IMG/VR virus record: IMGVR_UViG_3300028558_000016
Coordinates: 62,001 to 126,000 of that record
Reading direction: 5' to 3' (one strand)
DNA: 64,000 bases
Part shown: positions 58,898 through 64,000 of the stretch, piece by piece
Numbering within the stretch: the first letter of the stretch is position 1
Layout: each line of letters opens with the position of its first letter
The notes under the pieces: generated by a model
What the model saw: the letters and a program-made list of their open reading frames with translations, nothing else
Database searches by the model: none
Told to the model about the DNA's origin: nothing
Made by a program: the position numbers and the translations under genes

Positions 58898-59332
58898 ATG
58901 GGAGCACATGCAAGCGCATATTTATATTGGGGCATCGACTTCAATGATGTGTATGTAGAAAAGATCGAGAAAGAAGAATATGACATTCATGATCAAAAGA
59001 CTGGAAAGAAGACAGGTAAAAAAGGAACAGAGTCAAAGACCTATTATGTGAATAAACATAATGGAAAAAAATATGACCACGATGATTATTCTCTTGGCAT
59101 AAAAGAAAAATACATCCATAAAATGGAACAGGAGTCTGATTCAAAAATTATCGGAGTATTGGTTGGAGAAGTATCTGAACAGAATGGAGGATCTCACGAC
59201 ATCGATGACTCAATGTTGCAAAAAGCAAAAGATGAGCTTGATAAAGTTTTGTTGACACATCTTCTTACTGGAACTGGATTGATTGCAAAAGTTAAGCCGA
59301 GATTAATTTTAAACCTTTATTGGAGCTATTAA
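58898..59332 (+). CDS. hypothetical protein
   Basis: ORF in operon. Confidence 0.55.
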   Translation: MGAHASAYLYWGIDFNDVYVEKIEKEEYDIHDQKTGKKTGKKGTESKTYYVNKHNGKKYDHDDYSLGIKEKYIHKMEQESDSKIIGVLVGEVSEQNGGSHDIDDSMLQKAKDELDKVLLTHLLTGTGLIAKVKPRLILNLYWSY

Positions 59333-59577
59333 TGAAAACAACAATAAAAATAGAAAAAGAAGACATCGTCACATCCAGATTTGGAATGAATGTCGAAGTG
59401 CAGTTGAACGAGAACACAAGCCTTGTTTTTACTCCAGAAGCTCTTGATGAACTTGTTAAGGATTATGAAGTCATCAAAGAAGAGATCGAAAGAACAAACA
59501 GCCAAATAGTGGAAAGTCTTAGGACTGCCCATGATATTAGTCAATTAGAATTTCCATTCGATGAAGTTAGGATTTGA
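59332..59577 (+). CDS. hypothetical protein
   Basis: TAATG-coupled ORF. Confidence 0.55.
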   Translation: MKTTIKIEKEDIVTSRFGMNVEVQLNENTSLVFTPEALDELVKDYEVIKEEIERTNSQIVESLRTAHDISQLEFPFDEVRI

Positions 59578-60217
59578 TTATTATATTGAAAACGGATATA
59601 AAGTATTTACAAAGGAGCATCACCTCAAACGAGGAACATGTTGCCAAAACGGTTGCAGACATTGCCCGTGGAATTTTAAACTTAAGAAAATGAACAAAGA
59701 CGATTTATTTTTTGACATGGATGGCGTAATGGCAGATTTTCATGGAAAAATTGACAAGCTCATCAAAGAGCATTATGCAGATGAAACGATCACTGAGAAA
59801 ATAGTTCCAGTAGAAGAACTAACGGAAAATATTTATGTTGAAGGACATCCAGAAAGAGAACCATTCACTGAAGCGTTTGAAAGTCTTCCTGGATTTTACA
59901 GAGATCTTGTTCCAATAGAAGGAGCAATAGAAGCGTACAAAGAACTGTACAAACACTATAATGTGTTTATTTTGTCGACTGCAAGCTGGGGAAATCCATC
60001 TTGTTTCACGGATAAACGTTTATGGGTAGAAGAACACCTTGGAGAATTTGCACACAAGCGTTTAATATTAACACACCACAAAGAACATTTTACTGGAAGA
60101 GCACTTATAGATGACAGAACAAAGAATGGAGCCATCGATTTCAAAGGAGAGCACATTCATTTCAGAACGGATAAATTTAAAGATTGGAACACAGTTTTAA
60201 AATATTTATTACCATGA
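59561..60217 (+). CDS. 5'(3')-deoxyribonucleotidase (NT5C, HAD) with N-terminal Cys-rich DUF5522-like peptide
   Basis: HLKRGTCCQNGCRHCPW; DMDGVMADF, K..WV, LIDDR. Confidence 0.85.
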   Translation: MKLGFDYYIENGYKVFTKEHHLKRGTCCQNGCRHCPWNFKLKKMNKDDLFFDMDGVMADFHGKIDKLIKEHYADETITEKIVPVEELTENIYVEGHPEREPFTEAFESLPGFYRDLVPIEGAIEAYKELYKHYNVFILSTASWGNPSCFTDKRLWVEEHLGEFAHKRLILTHHKEHFTGRALIDDRTKNGAIDFKGEHIHFRTDKFKDWNTVLKYLLP

Positions 60218-60642
60218 TAAAAGAAGATGTTAAAGACACACCAGAATGTAGAAAAACAATGATTTCCTACATTGAATATCTCGAGAAGGATGGAGAATTT
60301 CTCGATAACGGTTTTCTTATTTATGTTTCAGAGAAAATTTTAAGCAAGTCTTCTTTGATAGCATTAAAGGAAGTTCTCGAAAAAGTAACTGCAAAACTCA
60401 GCATTGACGTAGACAATAAATTTAAAACAAAAGAGCAAGCTGAAGTTGCATTCAATCAAGCGAGAGATAAAGCATTTAAGCATTGCTTGATCCTTGAATT
60501 GAAACACAATGTTTCAAAAACAATTGATCTTGAAAAAATTGAAAAGAAATCTAAGGCCATGGATAAAACTGCAGGTGATGCTTTATTCGACGGTTTAGGA
60601 TCAACTATTTCGATGTTGCTTAAAAAACATATCAAAAAATAA
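60214..60642 (+). CDS. hypothetical protein
   Basis: ATGA-coupled ORF. Confidence 0.55.
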   Translation: MIKEDVKDTPECRKTMISYIEYLEKDGEFLDNGFLIYVSEKILSKSSLIALKEVLEKVTAKLSIDVDNKFKTKEQAEVAFNQARDKAFKHCLILELKHNVSKTIDLEKIEKKSKAMDKTAGDALFDGLGSTISMLLKKHIKK

Positions 60643-60655
60643 AGTACATTAGCTT

Positions 60656-61024
60656 ATGAGAAGCAGCTTCATAGATTGGCTGATAGAACAACAGGAAGCA
60701 GATGGTAAAGCTGGAATACTTTCTCGTTGGGTTCTCTCTGAAATCGAATTCGAGCCTCTTGAATTCCATGACATTTTAGAGAGAATAATAAATGATCCAC
60801 ATGGAACCGTGGATGATAAAGCTGAGATGAAAGCCATCGCAGTTTATTGCTTGGTGGATTATGCTTCATTTCTTGCTGAAGAAGGAATAGGAATAAAAAT
60901 AATTGAAGATGCAGAGATCGATAAAGAAAGACTCAACATTGCTTTGAAAAATGAAAATTACGAAGAGGCCGCAAAATTAAGAGACAGATTAAATAAATTA
61001 AAAGATGGAAATAAAGAGGAGTAA
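60656..61024 (+). CDS. protein with C-terminal UVR (UvrB/C) motif
   Basis: ALKNENYEEAAKLRDRL. Confidence 0.7.
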   Translation: MRSSFIDWLIEQQEADGKAGILSRWVLSEIEFEPLEFHDILERIINDPHGTVDDKAEMKAIAVYCLVDYASFLAEEGIGIKIIEDAEIDKERLNIALKNENYEEAAKLRDRLNKLKDGNKEE

Positions 61025-61445
61025 ACACAGTCGCAGAAGAAGAAAGAAATTACACGTTGGTGAATACCAATTGTTTGGTTTTACGATTCTTATTAAAACA
61101 AAAGAAGCTGATTACAATAATCCAGATGATATTGAATTCATTCATGCGCTTGACGATGCCGTGATCGACATAATAGAGTCAGAAGGTTTATGTTGTGCAG
61201 GCGGTGGAGGAAAAGATTATACCATGTTTGCTATGTCACCAATCGGCAAGAAAAACAATGTAACAGAGGATAAAATTTCCAATGTCTTAAAAAGAGTCAA
61301 AGCTATTGACTCTGTTATAGATGCAGTCACTTTTCCCATGATAGATGCATGGCATTTTTCGGATGCAGATGATAAGAAAGAAGAGGCTCTTATATTAGAA
61401 GCGGTTAATCGTCTCGGAATAAAAGATTACAAAATAATAAAATAA
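61005..61445 (+). CDS. yggL: YggL/DUF469 family 50S-binding protein
   Basis: SRRRRKKLHVGEYQLFGF, GGGG, DAW. Confidence 0.8.
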   Translation: MEIKRSKHSRRRRKKLHVGEYQLFGFTILIKTKEADYNNPDDIEFIHALDDAVIDIIESEGLCCAGGGGKDYTMFAMSPIGKKNNVTEDKISNVLKRVKAIDSVIDAVTFPMIDAWHFSDADDKKEEALILEAVNRLGIKDYKIIK

Positions 61446-61525
61446 ATTTTTTCGTTTCAAATATTGTTCCTATATTTGTAAAAGAAATTAGAAACAAAAA
61501 GATATATAGTTAATAGAATAAGCAA

Positions 61526-61615
61526 ATGACAACTACTTTAACATACACGAACAGGTTTACTGCGGATTGCGCGGATGAACAATTGTTGGGTTTGTTAAAC
61601 AGTCCGATGCGATAA
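61526..61615 (+). CDS. putative 29-aa Thr-rich leader peptide
   Basis: MTTTLTYTNRFTADCADEQLLGLLNSPMR; overlaps the antiterminator strand. Confidence 0.45.
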   Translation: MTTTLTYTNRFTADCADEQLLGLLNSPMR

Positions 61616-61664
61616 AATATTTCATCAACTTTAACAAACCCGAGCTAACCACTCGGGTTTTTTT
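61586..61664 (+). promoter_or_regulatory. attenuator: antiterminator (61586-99/61630-43) overlapping terminator (61636-61664)
   Basis: TTGGGTTTGTTAAA pairs with TTTAACAAACCCGA; terminator AAACCCGAG-ctaacca-CTCGGGTTT-TTTT. Confidence 0.7.
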
Positions 61665-61688
61665 GTCTTGTATCGAAGGTAATTATAC

Positions 61689-61760
61689 GGTTCTGTAGTC
61701 AAAGGGTTACGATTTTTGGTTGTCAACCAAGAGGTGCGGGTTCGAGTCCCGTCAGAATCG
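61689..61760 (+). tRNA. tRNA-Asp(GTC), weak D-arm
   Basis: GGTTCTG/CAGAATC acceptor, loop TTGTCAA, T-arm GCGGG-TTCGAGT-CCCGT. Confidence 0.75.
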
Positions 61761-61762
61761 CT

Positions 61763-61842
61763 GGAGGAAACATGGGTTCGAATCCCATACGAAATGGAAA
61801 CACATTTCGTTCGTTTAGTGGCAGGACGTCTCCCCGAATTGG
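61763..61842 (+). ncRNA. circularly permuted tRNA-like element (YrlA-like Y RNA or permuted tRNA)
   Basis: Order is T-arm, closed acceptor stem, D-arm; the ends form the anticodon-stem equivalent GGAGG/TCTCC. Confidence 0.75.
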
Positions 61843-61848
61843 AAGTTT

Positions 61849-61919
61849 GGTCCGGTGGCCGAGTGGTTAGGCGGAGCTCTGCAAAAGCTCATACGGCGGT
61901 TCGAATCCGTCCCGGACCT
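61849..61919 (+). tRNA. tRNA-Cys(GCA)
   Basis: Canonical cloverleaf, loop CTGCAAA, U73. Confidence 0.95.
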
Positions 61920-62038
61920 CGTGGTGTAGAAGAGTATTGTGAAAATGGAAACCGTGCAAGGTGTAACAGTAAACAAAATGCTTCGTTCGTAAATGATTGG
62001 TCACATGAATTAATTCACTTGGCCATAACTGTAAAATT

Positions 62039-62112
62039 GGTGGCGTAGTTCAGCTGGTTAGAATGCCTGCCTGTCACGCAGGAGGTCACGGGTTCGAGTC
62101 CCGTCGTCACCG
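62039..62112 (+). tRNA. tRNA-Asp(GTC)
   Basis: Canonical cloverleaf, loop CTGTCAC, G73. Confidence 0.95.
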
Positions 62113-62129
62113 CAAATGTTCTTTGAAAT

Positions 62130-62203
62130 GGTCCTATGGTGGAATTGGTTAACACGTCAGTTTCTCAAACTGAAGATTACGGGTTCGATCCCCGTTGGGA
62201 CTA
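62130..62203 (+). tRNA. tRNA-Glu(CTC)
   Basis: Stem TCAGT/ACTGA, loop TTCTCAA. Confidence 0.9.
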
Positions 62204-62207
62204 CGAA

Positions 62208-62301
62208 TGAATTAAGCCGATAGACTGGTTAATGGCGCGTCGACAACGTCCGTGATAAGGTTTCCATGATGAAACTCATGCTGATCACGTAGGCTAATTC
62301 A
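62208..62301 (+). ncRNA. candidate structured RNA between tRNAs
   Basis: Terminal stem TGAATTA(A)GCC/GGCTAATTCA; inner CGTGAT/ATCACG and CATGA/TCATG. Confidence 0.45.
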
Positions 62302-62308
62302 CTTATTT

Positions 62309-62385
62309 GGGGCCTTAGCTCAGTTGGCCAGAGCACCTGCCTTGCACGCAGGGGGTCATCGGTTCGAATCCGATAGGCTCCACCA
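62309..62385 (+). tRNA. tRNA-Ala(TGC), CCA encoded
   Basis: G3:U70, loop CTTGCAC. Confidence 0.95.
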
Positions 62386-62677
62386 AATGATTAGTTGAAG
62401 TAGATGGAAAATCGTTCTGTTGGTAACCATTTTCCAAATTAATGTGATGATGTCTCAGACTTATATCACGAACCAACAAAGAGTGGTGAACTTAAAAATC
62501 ACCGTGAGTAAAAAAGAAGATAACGTTCTTTTGATATTTAAAAACAAGAAGTCGATGATCTACCTTGAAAAAGGTGAATCAACGAAAGTTCCGATCCCAA
62601 TGATCACAACGTGTTTTACGTTGAAGAAGTTTAGATTGAAATTATCGTTCGACTTAATGTGTGAAAAATAATTTCAC

Positions 62678-62751
62678 GCTCCTGTAGTGGAACTGGTTAA
62701 CACGTCCGCCTTTCACGCGGAAGATCGCGGGTTCGAACCCCGTCGGGAGTA
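62678..62751 (+). tRNA. tRNA-Glu(TTC)
   Basis: Stem TCCGC/GCGGA, loop CTTTCAC. Confidence 0.95.
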
Positions 62752-62756
62752 CAAAT

Positions 62757-62842
62757 GTTGCCGTATGCAAATTGGTTTAAGCGAACAGACTTTCAATCTG
62801 TGTTCCGTATGGAACGTGCGGGTTCGAACCCCGTCGGCAATA
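62757..62842 (+). tRNA. atypical class II tRNA: TTC (Glu) anticodon with long variable arm and A73
   Basis: ACAGA-CTTTCAA-TCTGT, then GTTCC-GTAT-GGAAC variable arm. Confidence 0.8.
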
Positions 62843-62928
62843 CAAAAATAAAATAATAGGAGGACCCAGGCTGTGGACGCAACAAAAATGTAATTTCTCT
62901 TTACGAACAGTTTTGCAAAGAGAACGGA

Positions 62929-63720
62929 GTGGAATTTGAAATAGTAAAATCCGTAATTCCACATGATGACACAACTCTTTTCTGCTGTTCAGGAATGCAA
63001 CAGTATAAAAGCAAGTTTAAAGATCAAAATTATAAATGCACGATTTCAAACATCCAACCGTGCATCAGATTAAATGATCTTGAAGAAATAGGAGACAGCA
63101 CTCATTTCCTATACTTCAACATGATGGGATTCTTTTCTTTCAGAGAATGGACTGTGAAAAGAACAATTGATTTTTGGATGTCGTTCATTAATAAGATTGG
63201 TCTTAAAGTGGATTATGTTACAATCCATCCAGACAAAAAAGAATGGAAAGACTTTTATATTGAATACAATGTTGAAGTAAAAGAAGATCTCGAATGCACT
63301 TGGACTGATGGAGACCTTGGAGGATACTGCACAGAATTTTATGTGAACGGTATTGAGATAGGAAACATAGTCAATTGCAATGGTGATTGCATAGATGTTG
63401 GATTTGGTTTAGAAAGACTTGACATGCTTGTCAACAATAAAACAAAAGATGAGATAAGCGTGTTGAAGGAAACCATTGAAAAGATAATTGAAAGCGGTTA
63501 TGTCCCTGGACCTAAACAGCAGGGATACATCTTGAGAAAGCTTTTGAGATTGTTATATGTGAAAGGTGGAAGTATCGATCATGAATTCTTTGTCAAGGAA
63601 AAAGAAAGACAGGAACGATTGGTAAGAAAATATTCTTTGCTAAAACAAAAGCACAAAGACAAAAGCAAAGAATGGTGGTATGGAACACATGGAATTGATT
63701 TGAATGAAATGGGGCCTTAG
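62929..63720 (+). CDS. miniature alanyl-tRNA synthetase (catalytic domain and compressed helical domain; no editing or C-Ala domain)
   Basis: TLF..SGMQQYK, QPCIR.ND...GD..H...F.M.G.FSF, IEIGNIV, IDVGFGLERL, GYILRKLLR, Y.THG. Confidence 0.85.
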   Translation: MEFEIVKSVIPHDDTTLFCCSGMQQYKSKFKDQNYKCTISNIQPCIRLNDLEEIGDSTHFLYFNMMGFFSFREWTVKRTIDFWMSFINKIGLKVDYVTIHPDKKEWKDFYIEYNVEVKEDLECTWTDGDLGGYCTEFYVNGIEIGNIVNCNGDCIDVGFGLERLDMLVNNKTKDEISVLKETIEKIIESGYVPGPKQQGYILRKLLRLLYVKGGSIDHEFFVKEKERQERLVRKYSLLKQKHKDKSKEWWYGTHGIDLNEMGP

Positions 63721-63785
63721 CTCATTTGGCTTAGAGCGCTTGCCTGGCAGGCAAGAGGTGACGGGTTCGAAACCCGTAGGCTCCA
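63711..63785 (+). tRNA. tRNA-Ala(GGC)
   Basis: G3:U70, loop CTGGCAG; overlaps the AlaRS stop codon. Confidence 0.9.
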
Positions 63786-63789
63786 CTAT

Positions 63790-63854
63790 CGGAAAGGATC
63801 ACAACATCCCGTACGAGAAAGAACGACACAACTGTTGTGAGTTGGAAAGTTCTT
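63790..63854 (+). ncRNA. candidate kissing-loop RNA
   Basis: Hairpin loops CACAAC and GTTGTG are exact complements. Confidence 0.5.
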
Positions 63855-63855
63855 C

Positions 63856-63927
63856 GGGATCATAGTATAAGGGCAAGTACGCATCCCGCTCAGGGATGAA
63901 ATGCAGGTTCGAATCCTGTTGGTTCTA
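63856..63927 (+). tRNA. atypical tRNA (nominal CTC anticodon, G33, G3:U70, A73)
   Basis: GGGATCA/TGGTTCT acceptor, CATCC-CGCTCAG-GGATG, canonical T-arm. Confidence 0.65.
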
Positions 63928-63932
63928 CAATT

Positions 63933-64000
63933 GGGGAATTGATTTGAAATTGGCTATCATGTTAGACTTGCAATCTTTCGTTACGGGTTCGAGCCCCGTA
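63933..64000 (+). tRNA. tRNA-Ala(TGC)-like, truncated by the window end, weak anticodon stem
   Basis: GGGGAAT start, loop CTTGCAA, T-arm ACGGG-TTCGAGC-CCCGT. Confidence 0.6.

Noticed and set aside
4756-60869. Numerous short antisense or alternate-frame ORFs in the six-frame track
   Set aside because: They lie inside well-supported genes on the opposite strand or another frame and show no family motifs
62757-62842. Reading this tRNA as a TCA (Sec/opal suppressor) or CAA (Leu) anticodon
   Set aside because: The perfect 5-bp stem ACAGA/TCTGT fixes the 7-nt loop CTTTCAA, centring TTC; the acceptor/T stems are 7/5, not Sec-like
61716-62974. ORFs 61716-62048, 62420-62671, 62713-62964 and 62777-62974
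   Set aside because: Three overlap clear tRNA genes and are spurious; 62420-62671 has a TTG start and no recognisable motif
1-64000. Stop-codon reassignment (alternative genetic code)
   Set aside because: Conserved genes are full length in code 11, coding density is high, and TAA, TGA and TAG all end genes at sensible positions

Overview
AT-rich (roughly one-third GC) segment of a large T4-like myovirus genome, probably a jumbo phage. The host is probably Bacteroidota, judged from TAnnTTTG promoters and a Bacteroidota-type NrdJ. The window contains: head genes (gp23-like major capsid; gp21 protease fused to a 13x14-aa repeat scaffold); a minus-strand early/accessory block (RadA-like ATPase, DUF932, MgtC, GGCT, M23, Prs, a DUF2828/vWA Ro60-like protein, phosphatase, AAA, SPFH); a ~19 kb glycosylation island interrupted by nrdJ; an endolysin; baseplate genes; nucleotide and RNA-repair enzymes (Adk, Gmk, NDT, Nudix, Thg1-like, Nudix-HD, NT5C); YggL; and the start of a tRNA cluster containing a miniature AlaRS. 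The most striking signals are non-coding RNAs: (1) two CCA-ending mini tRNA-like RNAs directly behind the Ro60-like gene; (2) a circularly permuted, YrlA-like tRNA mimic in the tRNA cluster; (3) a Leu-type tRNA body with a Glu anticodon; (4) a kissing-loop RNA between tRNAs; (5) a leader-peptide attenuator in front of the tRNA operon. All calls are by eye from motifs; no searches were run.
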